A DNA stretch of 63,887 bases, counting the filler, from a bacterium (GTDB taxonomy: Bacteria > JACRDZ01 > JAQUKH01), in NCBI GenBank assembly GCA_028719205.1. It is 3 parts of 3 records of this genome, joined end to end, with 100 filler letters (N's around TTAATTAATTAA, not from the genome) between each part and the next. Parts side by side here need not be neighbours in the genome. Positions count along the whole stretch, not along the records: positions 26,074 to 49,775 come from JAQUKH010000036.1; 2 more parts are not named here. One strand, given 5' to 3'. The notes below the pieces were generated by a model that did not search any database, was not told the origin of the DNA, and worked only from the letters and a program-made list of their open reading frames with translations. The position numbers were made by a program, and so were the translations under genes. Positions 38,946 to 48,887 of this stretch are shown piece by piece; the stretch's first letter is position 1; each line of letters starts with the position of its first letter.

Positions 38946-40145
38946 TCACTCAACTGATATGAGGTTACTTATTACATTTTTGTATAATATATTTGCCTGT
39001 GCGAGTTTTGTCAGGCTTTTATCTTCCTGTTTCAGCTCACCGGCAATTATACCCAGTTCATAATATGTATGAGCCAGATTTAAATTCGGTTCACCGTTTT
39101 TGTTCTCTTCAAAAATGCGAATTGCTTCTTCAAATTCGCTAATTGCTTCATCGTATTTTTTCTGGATCCTATACATTGTTCCCAGTCCATAATGGCCATT
39201 ACCTGAATCCGGATTCAATGCTAAAACTTTTTCGAATTCTGCCTGAGCGCATTCACCCATATCCCTGTCCCTGCAAAAAATGCCATAATCAAAATACGTT
39301 TCGGCATTCGTTGTATCTAACTCAAGCGATAATTTAAAATTTTTCTCCGCAAGCTCAACGTTTCCTTTTTTGGAAAATACATTTCCTAAAAGAGCGTATG
39401 CGTCAGCATAAGCAGTGTCAATTGCTATTGCCTGATTTAAATTACTTTCGGCCTTCCCGTAAAAAGCGGAATTATACATCCTTTTCGCGATTCCATAATA
39501 GCGTTCAGCTTTTTTATCCGGTTGATAACCTTTAACAAGACTTTCTTTTTTAGGAACTTCAATACCAAGCATACTCAAAACACTATTAGTTAAATTCTTT
39601 TTTCCGCTGAATTTAGGGAAGCCAGCCATAATCTCAAATACAGTTCCATCTTTCGAAACTAACGCAAGGCTGGGGAATGTCAAAACACCATATTTATTGT
39701 AAATATTTAAATCAGTATCAATAAAAACCTGAAATGAATAATTTTTATCAGCTATTACTTCGTACATTTTTGACATTTCTTCATCACCTACACCATTTGA
39801 GGTTGCAGGAGAATAAACAGCTATAACCTCAAAACCCTTGTCTTTATATTGATTGTAAAGCTCCTGCAGAATACTCATTTCATCTATGCAGCGTTCACTG
39901 GGATATTTCCAGAAAACTATAGCTAGAGCGCTTTTCCCTTGATATGAATCAATCGAAACTGTTTGGCCCGCAAGATTTTTTAGTGTAAAAGGGATTATCT
40001 TATCATTTTTAGCAACTCTTTTAAACGCCTGTGCCTTTGTTGATAAAGAAAAGAGGCATATAAATAATACCAAAGCTATCAAGACTGACATCAAATATCT
40101 TATCTTAATCTTTTTCATAATTCTATTCCCCTTTCTTTTTAACAT
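38946..40145 (-). CDS. Exported redoxin (TlpA-like, SxxC) plus TPR protein
   Basis: FTLKNLAG, FWKYPSERC, YGV..FP, then TPR repeats. Confidence 0.8.
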   Translation of the reverse strand: MLKRKGNRIMKKIKIRYLMSVLIALVLFICLFSLSTKAQAFKRVAKNDKIIPFTLKNLAGQTVSIDSYQGKSALAIVFWKYPSERCIDEMSILQELYNQYKDKGFEVIAVYSPATSNGVGDEEMSKMYEVIADKNYSFQVFIDTDLNIYNKYGVLTFPSLALVSKDGTVFEIMAGFPKFSGKKNLTNSVLSMLGIEVPKKESLVKGYQPDKKAERYYGIAKRMYNSAFYGKAESNLNQAIAIDTAYADAYALLGNVFSKKGNVELAEKNFKLSLELDTTNAETYFDYGIFCRDRDMGECAQAEFEKVLALNPDSGNGHYGLGTMYRIQKKYDEAISEFEEAIRIFEENKNGEPNLNLAHTYYELGIIAGELKQEDKSLTKLAQANILYKNVISNLISVE

Positions 40146-40228
40146 TAGCTAATGCTTCATTTTAACTCAAGTTTATAACATTTTTGAATATAATGAAAGA
40201 AAATTTTTAATAATATTTTAAATTTAAT

Positions 40229-40873
40229 TTATTCCGGTTTCCCGATAATCTGGATTACCAGAAGGATACCATCCCTAAAATTAATTTTGCCCTCTTTTGA
40301 AGTTATAATATTGCTGATACCTCTGGCTTTATCACGGGATAATAAATCATTTTTAAGTTTGAATTTCAGGCCTGAGGTTGTAATGCCTTTTACTTTTCTG
40401 CTTAGCGGAATAAGAGATATCAAGTGCCCGTTTTTTCTGTAAATTTTAATATGTCCTTTTACAACTGATAGCCGGGTGAAACTGTTTACAAATAAGGTAT
40501 TTATTATCCCTTTTTCAGCAAGGCATTCTAAAAGAAAAATATTATTTAAACTGTGGTCTATTCTTGACATGCTTGTCATCCCGAAAAGGAGGATCTCAGA
40601 CGCTTTATTCTTTATCGCGAATTGAATCGCGATCTCTGTATCTGTTTCATCTTTTTGTCTTGGATATTTCATGATCCTGGTTGAAAGGTTATTTTTGGGA
40701 AGGTTTTTAATGGAGTCCAAATCACCGATCAAATAATCCGGCTTTAAAGGTAACTTATTTATATGCTCATAACCTCCGTCAACGGCTATTATTATATCGC
40801 TTTTTCTGAGAGCATTTTTAATAATTTCAGGATCATCGATCTCGCCATTTCCGATAATTACAAATCTTTTCAT
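40229..40873 (-). CDS. thiN: Thiamine diphosphokinase
   Basis: AVDGG, GDLDS, KDETD, RIDH and GISN. Confidence 0.92.
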   Translation of the reverse strand: MKRFVIIGNGEIDDPEIIKNALRKSDIIIAVDGGYEHINKLPLKPDYLIGDLDSIKNLPKNNLSTRIMKYPRQKDETDTEIAIQFAIKNKASEILLFGMTSMSRIDHSLNNIFLLECLAEKGIINTLFVNSFTRLSVVKGHIKIYRKNGHLISLIPLSRKVKGITTSGLKFKLKNDLLSRDKARGISNIITSKEGKINFRDGILLVIQIIGKPE

Positions 40874-41712
40874 TTTTTTCTAAAACGAATAGGAATTATT
40901 CCCCACTGGTTTTCCTGCAAAACATTTGCAGGTAATGGGTCAAAAGTCCATTTTCGAAGATAATCGATCGCTGTTTTTTCTAAAAACGCGTCACCTTTTT
41001 TTTCAGGGACAACATCAAATACCTGCCCCAGCGGCGTAACATAAAATTTCAGCATCAGTGTCACTTCCTTGTCAACTTCCGGATTTGGTTTTTGCTGCGG
41101 CTTGCTTCGAACCCCTCTTTTCCCAACCGTACCTCCAAAATCAAAACCAACATCATCCCCTTCTTTTTCCTCTGAAGACATGGAGAACGGGCTTATTTTA
41201 TCCCCTGTTCCTGTCCCTGCAAAAAGTTCCCCTTCTCCTTTTTGCCCCGCTTCCGCGTCTATCGAACCTTTTAAAGAAAGGTTTTCATTTGAATATGATA
41301 TTCTTTTATCTTCCGGGAAAAAAGATGTTCCTTTGCTTGTAACGATTTTACCTGCTTTACTGTCTAAAATATCAAACCTTGAAAAATCTTTTTTCTCAAT
41401 ATTTCTTTTCGAATCAAGCGGAGTTCCTTTTCTGTTTACCTGGCCCAATCCCGGCCCGATATTCGACGCGCTGCGGCGGGCACCGGTTACATCCTGCAAT
41501 AGATCCGGTGTTTTCCCTTTGGAAAATAATATTTCCTTTCTTTTCTTCACAGGTTCAACATCAATAAGATCGACAGGAGTCAAATTAACTATCGGAACAT
41601 ACTTTACATTCTGTGGAAGATAATACAGAGGCAGTGACAATATAAGAAAGTGAATTAATATTGATAGTAAAAAGGAATTATTCAGGTCAAGATAATGTGT
41701 AAGCCTATTCAT
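40870..41712 (-). CDS. tonB: TonB-family energy transducer
   Basis: TM helix with SxxxH, long linker and TonB-like C-domain (AIDYLRKWTF.P). Confidence 0.78.
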   Translation of the reverse strand: MNRLTHYLDLNNSFLLSILIHFLILSLPLYYLPQNVKYVPIVNLTPVDLIDVEPVKKRKEILFSKGKTPDLLQDVTGARRSASNIGPGLGQVNRKGTPLDSKRNIEKKDFSRFDILDSKAGKIVTSKGTSFFPEDKRISYSNENLSLKGSIDAEAGQKGEGELFAGTGTGDKISPFSMSSEEKEGDDVGFDFGGTVGKRGVRSKPQQKPNPEVDKEVTLMLKFYVTPLGQVFDVVPEKKGDAFLEKTAIDYLRKWTFDPLPANVLQENQWGIIPIRFRKK

Positions 41713-42112
41713 TTTTTACCTTATGTTCGGTGGCAATTACAATTTTATTTACACCATTTGTTTTCGCTATATCCATAACATTCACAACTACTTCATGATA
41801 TACTTTTTTATCCGCCTTAATTATCAGTAATTTTTCCTGAAGATTGCCTATTTTCTTTAATTTATCAGAAAAATTATCTAATGTCACACGATCACTATTT
41901 AAAAATATCGCCCCATTCTGACTTATTGATACCACGAGATCCCTGATCGGCTGAATTTCTCTTACGGATGTCCTGGGAAGTGTTATTTTAAAACCTGTCT
42001 GCAGGACAAATGTTGTTGTAACCATGAAAAACAATACAAGCTGAAGAACAACATCAACCAGCGGCGTAACATTTAATTGAGCCTCTATTCTTCTTTTTTT
42101 TCTATTAAACAT
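41705..42112 (-). CDS. exbD: ExbD/TolR family protein
   Basis: NVTPLVDVVLQL.FFMV and IKADK. Confidence 0.9.
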   Translation of the reverse strand: MFNRKKRRIEAQLNVTPLVDVVLQLVLFFMVTTTFVLQTGFKITLPRTSVREIQPIRDLVVSISQNGAIFLNSDRVTLDNFSDKLKKIGNLQEKLLIIKADKKVYHEVVVNVMDIAKTNGVNKIVIATEHKVKNE

Positions 42113-42126
42113 TTTTTCTCCAATAG

Positions 42127-42729
42127 TTATTTTGTAATCATTTTTAAAATTTCAGTTGATTCTTTCTCCATACCTAAAGCGATATTATCCGCGATGTTTA
42201 ATAAATAATGATTAGCGATCAGGCACGGGATACCGATAAATAATCCGGCGGCTGTAGTAATAAGCGCTTCTGAAATTCCTCCTGCCAGACCGGGAGAATA
42301 AACTAATCCCTGCTGAGCGATAACACTGAAGGCCCGTATCATTCCGGTAACTGTTCCAAGAAGACCGAGCAGAGGTTCAACATTCGCGATTATCCCCAAT
42401 ATATTAAGATATTGTTCTAACTTAGGCAGTTCATAATCTCCGGCTTCAATAATTGCCGTTTTAACAGAATCTTTTCCACTGTTAATGTTCATAAGTCCCG
42501 CGAGAATAATATTTGCCATTGGTTCATTTTCATTTTGACGGCATAACTCTATCGCGGAATTTATATCTTTATTATTTAACGCTCTTTTTATTTGTGCGCT
42601 GAAAACAGGGGTAAATCTTTTTACCCTGATAAAATATATTATTCTTTCAATTAAAATTGTTAAAGCGAAAACAGACCCGATTATTATCGGGATCATGATT
42701 ATTCCGCCTTTTACGATTAAACTATACAT
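42127..42729 (-). CDS. exbB: ExbB/TolQ family proton channel
   Basis: PLLGLLGTVTGMI and GISEALITTAAGL. Confidence 0.92.
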   Translation of the reverse strand: MYSLIVKGGIIMIPIIIGSVFALTILIERIIYFIRVKRFTPVFSAQIKRALNNKDINSAIELCRQNENEPMANIILAGLMNINSGKDSVKTAIIEAGDYELPKLEQYLNILGIIANVEPLLGLLGTVTGMIRAFSVIAQQGLVYSPGLAGGISEALITTAAGLFIGIPCLIANHYLLNIADNIALGMEKESTEILKMITK

Positions 42730-42757
42730 ATATCATCTCCTTTTTTTTTATTATACA

Positions 42758-44335
42758 CTAAAAAATATATTTAAATCCCAGCAAAAATCTTGCGCGTTCA
42801 CCCGGATAATTTTTTATAATATCATATCTTTTGTCCAGGATATTATCCGCTTTCGCGTAAATTGCTAATTTCTCTGAAATTGTTCTTCCTGCCAAAAATC
42901 CTAACAAACAATAACCGCCCAATTTTTCATTTTTATCCTTATCATAATATCTTTCACCAACATATTTCCCGTCTATTAATAACTGATATAACTGATTATC
43001 ATATTTGATAACAGTGCTTATGTTATCTGATTGCCGAGGAACAGTTTGAGCCTTGTTTTCATTCCATGTTTCTAAATACTTATAATCTATCTGTCCCGAA
43101 AACTTTTCAGAAAACTTTTGCAGATAAGTTATCTTTACGCCGTCTCTCTGAATATTCCCTAAATTTATCGGCGTCCAAAAGCCGTCCGCATTAGCCTCAT
43201 CCTCGTCGAAAACCACATAATTTTCGATCCAATCATGAAATATTTTTGCTTCTATCGAATTATCGTCCTTAAGCCTCTTTAAAGCTTTTGAATATATCTG
43301 CCAATAATTTATACGCTTCAGCGGCAAAAGATTCAATTCCACAAAATTATTTTTTCCATATAAATCATAAAATTCAATTTTTTTATTCTGGCGTTTAACA
43401 CCAGCCTCGAGATCTGTTGAATAATTATATTTGTATGAAACAATTAATTTGGGATTTAGATATAACTTTTCTCCGCCTTCACGGCTTAAACCCGCGCCAA
43501 TTTTTGCCTGGCTTTTTTCGTTTAACAGAATTGCCTGATTTTCCAGATCAAATGAATAAAACGCGTAACTATACCGGCCGGCTAATTTATTTTTCTCTAT
43601 TTCAGAAGTAACCTCGTATGGGCTTGAATTTTTATTAAAATCATATATTACTTTAAAACCAAAGGATTGATCCTTCTCGCTTGTTTTGTCTTTAATATTT
43701 GTATTTTCCCCGTTAATAATAATGAATAAATTTTTAATCGTTTTTATATCAAAACTAAATTTATAATTTTCGCTTTTTCGCGACAGATCTGAAATACGGT
43801 TATCTATCATTCCAGGCAGGTCAAATTTATTATGGTTTAACTTAAAGGCAAAATCAATTTTATTACTGAATAATTGTCCGCCGAAAGTATAATGATCATA
43901 AATACTATCCGGCCTGGACCTGTTCCCGTATTCCTTATCAAACTCAAGAGAATAGCTTAATTTTTTAAGATCTTGCTTATGATTGAATGAGAAATTAAAA
44001 CCGTAATAATTGCCGGCTGAAATATCCAGTTCATTTTGCGAATTTCTTTTACTTTGAGTTTGTATCTTACTTTGCTCCCGTTCTTTTAATCCTAAATCCG
44101 GTATTATTTTTTCGGATGAGGATTTTTCCAATTCATATTTTTCTTCTACCCGGGCGTCCTTCTTGCCATCCGTTTCATCTTTTTCCTTTTCCTTCCCCAT
44201 TATCGTTTCTTCTGGAAGTTTAAAAGCCGGATCATCCTTTTTTTCTTCAGCCGTTACAATATATATATTAAATAATATAATTATAAATATTATATATTTA
44301 ATTTTTGTTTTATTCTTGAGTTTTTTTGGCATCAT
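42758..44335 (-). CDS. Outer-membrane beta-barrel, TonB-dependent-receptor-like
   Basis: Signal peptide, amphipathic beta strands, C-terminal DNILDKRY...PG..FLLGFKYIF. Confidence 0.75.
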   Translation of the reverse strand: MMPKKLKNKTKIKYIIFIIILFNIYIVTAEEKKDDPAFKLPEETIMGKEKEKDETDGKKDARVEEKYELEKSSSEKIIPDLGLKEREQSKIQTQSKRNSQNELDISAGNYYGFNFSFNHKQDLKKLSYSLEFDKEYGNRSRPDSIYDHYTFGGQLFSNKIDFAFKLNHNKFDLPGMIDNRISDLSRKSENYKFSFDIKTIKNLFIIINGENTNIKDKTSEKDQSFGFKVIYDFNKNSSPYEVTSEIEKNKLAGRYSYAFYSFDLENQAILLNEKSQAKIGAGLSREGGEKLYLNPKLIVSYKYNYSTDLEAGVKRQNKKIEFYDLYGKNNFVELNLLPLKRINYWQIYSKALKRLKDDNSIEAKIFHDWIENYVVFDEDEANADGFWTPINLGNIQRDGVKITYLQKFSEKFSGQIDYKYLETWNENKAQTVPRQSDNISTVIKYDNQLYQLLIDGKYVGERYYDKDKNEKLGGYCLLGFLAGRTISEKLAIYAKADNILDKRYDIIKNYPGERARFLLGFKYIF

Positions 44336-47210
44336 CTTTTTTAATTAAATTTTCTAATTTTTCTTTGCTTTGCTCGGCCCATTGGTTTTTTGGTGATTCT
44401 TTAACAATAGCCCGTAATAAAGATACAGCATCGTTTTTCCGTTTCGCGAATTCATACAACTCAGCTTTCCTGAACATTGCTTCGTATTTGACTTCGCCTT
44501 TGGATTTTTTAATGACCTGGTCTAAATAATCATATGCCATCTTATCATTTTTTTCCTCATGATATATCAATGCTTCATGGATAAAAGACTTAAATTTATT
44601 TTCAAGAACCGCAGTTTTGGAATTAGTATATTTCTGGAAATAGACATGCGACATTTTCCATTCTCGTAATTCCTCATAGATCTGCGCTAAATTGTAATAT
44701 ACGTTATCAATAAGCTGAGATTTAGGATATTTTTCAATTAAAATAAGATATTCATCTCTGGCTTCTTTTAACTTGCCCTGCGTATATAAAATTACACCGA
44801 TCTTATAATACGTTTCAGAGGAAAATTCTGAATTAGGATATTCTTTTACGATCCGGGTAAATACTTTAACGGCATTTGGTAATTGATTTAAGGAATAATA
44901 GCTGTTGCCTATCCAAAACATCGCGTTTACAGCCAGGCTGTGATCCGGAAAGATCTCTAAAATTGAATCCCACATTTCGATAGCTTTCTGATATTTTTTC
45001 TGGTTATAGAAATATTCTCCGAGTTTAAACTTAATTTCAGGAAGGAACTGGCTTTTCGGATACCTTTTTGAAAATTTATCAGCCAAATTTATCATTTTAT
45101 CTGTCTGCTGCAGCTGGTAATAAACCCATATCTGGGCGTAGAATGCGTCATCAGCAAAATCGCTATCAGGATAATTTACAGCCACCTTATCATAATGTTC
45201 CAGCGCCATCTTAAAATTTTTCTGGTTATAATAGCAGTCCCCTATTCTATAATATGCTTCAGGAATATAAACACTTTTAGGATATTTTTTTATTAAGATC
45301 TCCCATTCACTCACAGCCTGCGGATAAACCTCTTTTCTAAAATAACCCCACCCGATCCAGTATTGCGCGTTTTCTTTCCAGGGTTCATTTATTATCTTGC
45401 GCCATATATTAATAGCTTCCGTGAATTTTTCCTGGACATAATAAATGGTTCCCAATTGGAATAATGACCTGTCCTTTAAAATAGACTTCGGGTATTCTTT
45501 AACAACCCGTTCATAATACGAAATTGCCTTTAAATAATTTTTCTCATTAAAATATGTTTCACCGATCTGAAATACCGCGTCAGGCTTTAATTTTGTATCC
45601 GGCAATATCTCTAAAAGCTTTGTTAATTCCTCCCTGCTTTTTGGATATTTCTCCTGCCTGAAATAACACCACGCAATCCCGTAATAACTCGCGTCAACTA
45701 AAACGTGTTTAGGCCATTTTTTTATTACTTCTTCGTAGCGCCCGGCAGCCTCATTATATTTTTTCTGATTATATAAACTTTCCGCGATCCAGAACAGGGC
45801 ATCCGGTTCTAATGCGGATGGCGGGTTTTTTTTAGACAAAAGTTTAAAAAAAGATATTGCCTTTTCATAATCTTTTAACTGATAATTTGACCGCCCTATT
45901 TTTAAAATTGATCTGTCATTCATATCCCCGCTTGAATATTTTTCCTGAATAACAAGGTATGACTTTATAGCGTTATCATAATTCTGCAGTTGATAATTAT
46001 TCTCACCGAGCATGAACCATGAAGCACCAGCGAATTCGCCATTCGGATAGTTTTCCGCGAGTTTTTTATACTGCTCAAGGCTTTTCGGATAATCATTTAA
46101 AATATAATACGCGTAACCGGACGCTGAAAGAGAATTTTCCATCAACTCACTTTTAGGATATTTAGTAATGACTTCCTGATAATAATTAACTGCCTGCGTA
46201 TAATCCTCCAGATTATAGTAAATACCTCCGATCCAGAATAAACATGCGGGAACAAGCTCACTTTCAGGCCTTTCCTTGATCAAATCCTTCCATATTGTTA
46301 ATGCCTCGTTATAATTTTTCACTTTAAAATATGTCCAGCCAATACCATATTTTGCTTTTTCATAAAATATTCCATTATTGAAGCGGCTGATTATTATCTG
46401 ATATTTTTCCCTGGCTTTTTCATAATTCTTTAAAAGGTAATATGATTCACCAAGCCAGAAGTAAGCCTGCTCTTCCGTGGCCCCCTGGGGATAATTCGTA
46501 ATATATTTTTCGTACTCGACTGCGGAATTCTGATAATTCCCATTTTTAAATAAGCTTTCAGCAAGATAATATTGAGATGATTCAATGACCTCGCTGCCCG
46601 GATATTTTATTAAAACCGCTTTGAATGAATCGGAGGCTTTCTGATATTCGCCTTTGTTAAGCCAGATCCATCCGAGAGAGTATTGCGTGAACGCAGCATA
46701 CTTATTATCCGGATAAAGTTCTAAAAATCTAAAATATGATTTTTCTGCCTCATCATATTTCTTTTGCTGAAAAAGGCATTCCCCTGTCCAATATTGCACG
46801 GCCGGAGTAAATGAACTTTGCGGGAACTGTATCATTACTTTCTGAAAATAAACCTGCGCTTCACTATAACGTTTCATCCTGAAATGGCATTCCGCTATGC
46901 GAAAAACGAATTTATCCGCTATACTTGAATTCGGATAGATGCGATAGCCATTCTCATACAAATTCAACGCCTCATCATATTTCTCCATATTAAATACATT
47001 TTCAGCCATATAATATTGGGCTGAATCGGCCATCCTGGAATCAGAAAAAGAAGAAAGATATCTCTTGAACTGGTTATAAGACAGGTCGAACAGTTTATTA
47101 TTATAGGAATCTAAGGCATTCTGATAAAGGCTTTCTTCTTCAGAAGAAAAACTCGGAGCTATTTTAATAAATGATAAAATTATAAATATAATTAAAAAAT
47201 ATTTCTTCAT
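44310..47210 (-). CDS. Long periplasmic TPR protein (BamD/CpoB-like repeats)
   Basis: Signal peptide and more than 20 repeats of A.Y..GE.Y....Y..A...Y......YP.S. Confidence 0.9.
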   Translation of the reverse strand: MKKYFLIIFIILSFIKIAPSFSSEEESLYQNALDSYNNKLFDLSYNQFKRYLSSFSDSRMADSAQYYMAENVFNMEKYDEALNLYENGYRIYPNSSIADKFVFRIAECHFRMKRYSEAQVYFQKVMIQFPQSSFTPAVQYWTGECLFQQKKYDEAEKSYFRFLELYPDNKYAAFTQYSLGWIWLNKGEYQKASDSFKAVLIKYPGSEVIESSQYYLAESLFKNGNYQNSAVEYEKYITNYPQGATEEQAYFWLGESYYLLKNYEKAREKYQIIISRFNNGIFYEKAKYGIGWTYFKVKNYNEALTIWKDLIKERPESELVPACLFWIGGIYYNLEDYTQAVNYYQEVITKYPKSELMENSLSASGYAYYILNDYPKSLEQYKKLAENYPNGEFAGASWFMLGENNYQLQNYDNAIKSYLVIQEKYSSGDMNDRSILKIGRSNYQLKDYEKAISFFKLLSKKNPPSALEPDALFWIAESLYNQKKYNEAAGRYEEVIKKWPKHVLVDASYYGIAWCYFRQEKYPKSREELTKLLEILPDTKLKPDAVFQIGETYFNEKNYLKAISYYERVVKEYPKSILKDRSLFQLGTIYYVQEKFTEAINIWRKIINEPWKENAQYWIGWGYFRKEVYPQAVSEWEILIKKYPKSVYIPEAYYRIGDCYYNQKNFKMALEHYDKVAVNYPDSDFADDAFYAQIWVYYQLQQTDKMINLADKFSKRYPKSQFLPEIKFKLGEYFYNQKKYQKAIEMWDSILEIFPDHSLAVNAMFWIGNSYYSLNQLPNAVKVFTRIVKEYPNSEFSSETYYKIGVILYTQGKLKEARDEYLILIEKYPKSQLIDNVYYNLAQIYEELREWKMSHVYFQKYTNSKTAVLENKFKSFIHEALIYHEEKNDKMAYDYLDQVIKKSKGEVKYEAMFRKAELYEFAKRKNDAVSLLRAIVKESPKNQWAEQSKEKLENLIKKDDAKKTQE

Positions 47211-47236
47211 TCCACAACCTTTTTTTATTTAATATT

Positions 47237-47264
47237 ATTATAGAGTCTGCCTGCAAAATGTCAA
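47237..47264 (-). promoter_or_regulatory. Consensus sigma70 promoter of the TPR-barrel-exbBD-tonB-thiN run
   Basis: TTGACA-16 nt-TATAAT. Confidence 0.7.
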
Positions 47265-47267
47265 GTT

Positions 47268-47744
47268 TTAATCAATATTTCTTATTTTAATATATTTTTC
47301 CAGGCCCAGCAGTATTTTTTTCCATTTAATACCGGCTGAATACCCTCCCAATTCCTCATTGTTTTTAATAACACGATGGCAGGGAATAACAATTGGCACA
47401 GGATTCCTGTTCAATGCGTTTCCCACAGCCCTGCATGCTTTAGGATGGCCGGTGTCTTTTGCTATTTGAGAATATGATCTTGTATTTCCATAGGGAATTA
47501 ATTTTATTTTATCTAATACCTTTTTCTCAAACTCAGTTAAATTATCTTGAATAATTTTATATTTATTAAAATCAGTTTTCCCCCCGCTGAAATATTCAGA
47601 CAGATCATCTTTTAATCCCTTATACACTTTATAATACTTATCTCTCTTTTGAAATCCAGCATTTAAATCTATTGTTAATAAATTCTTTCCGCTGTATTCA
47701 ACTTTAATATATCCGTATTTAGTTTTAAATTGGAACCAGAACAT
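47268..47744 (-). CDS. ogt: Methylated-DNA-protein-cysteine methyltransferase
   Basis: IPYG.T.SY, RAVG and NPVPIVIPCHRV. Confidence 0.93.
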   Translation of the reverse strand: MFWFQFKTKYGYIKVEYSGKNLLTIDLNAGFQKRDKYYKVYKGLKDDLSEYFSGGKTDFNKYKIIQDNLTEFEKKVLDKIKLIPYGNTRSYSQIAKDTGHPKACRAVGNALNRNPVPIVIPCHRVIKNNEELGGYSAGIKWKKILLGLEKYIKIRNID

Positions 47745-47766
47745 ATTTTTATATTTAAATTAACAT

Positions 47767-48507
47767 TTACGGCAAATAGTCCAACGGGTCAAGGGCATCC
47801 CCTTTATAACGGATCTCGAAATGGAGATGAGGCCCTGTTGACCAGCCCGTACTGCCTGATAACGAAATAGGCTGCCCCTTTTTTACTTTCTGTTCAACTT
47901 TAACTAAAATTTTCGAATTGTGGCCATAAACCGTTATAAAATCATTTTCATGCCTTAAAATTATAACGTTGCCTAATCCCCTCGGGCGGGATTCTACAAG
48001 CGCTACTTCGCCGTCATACGCTGCTAATACTTTCGTCCCAGAAGGAACCGCAATATCAATTCCTTTATGTGGTATTCCAAGCCTGAAACCAAATCTTGAG
48101 GTTAGCTGCCCTTTTAAAGGCCAGATGATCCTTATTGGCGGAATTTTATCGTGTGAAATCTTTTTGCGTTTTTTAATTTTCTTGTATGAAGCCTCCGGTT
48201 TTTCAGATGATGGAAAGTAAATTTTTTTACCGGGTTCTATTTCTTTCGGATTTGTTATAAGATTATATTGTATCAGTTTTTTTGGCGGGATATTATATTT
48301 CCTGGAGATCGAATATAAAGTATCGCCTTTTTTAACAATATAATAATCTTTAGTAATAGTTTGTTTTTGATAATACGGCCTGCTGCTTCCGCATCCAAAA
48401 TCAAAAACAAATAACGGGAGAACCATTAAATAAATATAGAAGAATACTTTTTTTTTACTAATATCTGATCGTAAATCCTTTAAATTCTTCTTTATATTTA
48501 TCCTCAC
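47767..48507 (-). CDS. LysM plus M23 peptidase lipoprotein (true start probably downstream)
   Basis: VKKGDTLYSIS, HKGID and TGPHLHFE. Confidence 0.88.
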   Translation of the reverse strand: MRINIKKNLKDLRSDISKKKVFFYIYLMVLPLFVFDFGCGSSRPYYQKQTITKDYYIVKKGDTLYSISRKYNIPPKKLIQYNLITNPKEIEPGKKIYFPSSEKPEASYKKIKKRKKISHDKIPPIRIIWPLKGQLTSRFGFRLGIPHKGIDIAVPSGTKVLAAYDGEVALVESRPRGLGNVIILRHENDFITVYGHNSKILVKVEQKVKKGQPISLSGSTGWSTGPHLHFEIRYKGDALDPLDYLP

Positions 48508-48739
48508 TTTTTATAATATCCCTCACTACTGCCATCGAAGGGCCTTTCCATAATTCATTGATAAAAGACTCAATATTATTTCTGTCACCTTCAGCGGCAA
48601 TTTCAACATCTCCTGATGATAAATTCCTCGCATAACCCCTGATTTTATATTGATGGGCGAGATCTTCCGCAAAAGCCCGGTAGCCAACTCCCTGCACTCT
48701 TCCCTGAACAATTAATTTCACTCTGATATTTTCGGTCAT
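48458..48739 (-). CDS. acyP: Acylphosphatase
   Basis: GRVQGVGYR and GYARN. Confidence 0.93.
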   Translation of the reverse strand: MTENIRVKLIVQGRVQGVGYRAFAEDLAHQYKIRGYARNLSSGDVEIAAEGDRNNIESFINELWKGPSMAVVRDIIKSEDKYKEEFKGFTIRY

Positions 48740-48887
48740 AAAGCGGTTTTCCTTAACATTAACAAGATTTATCTGATATTAATATCAGATAAAAAGCAAT
48801 ATATTCAATTTTTTAGTAAAGTTATTATTTTAGACAAGGAAATGGTTATCAAATTCAATTCCGTACAATTTCCGGCAAAACTATTAT

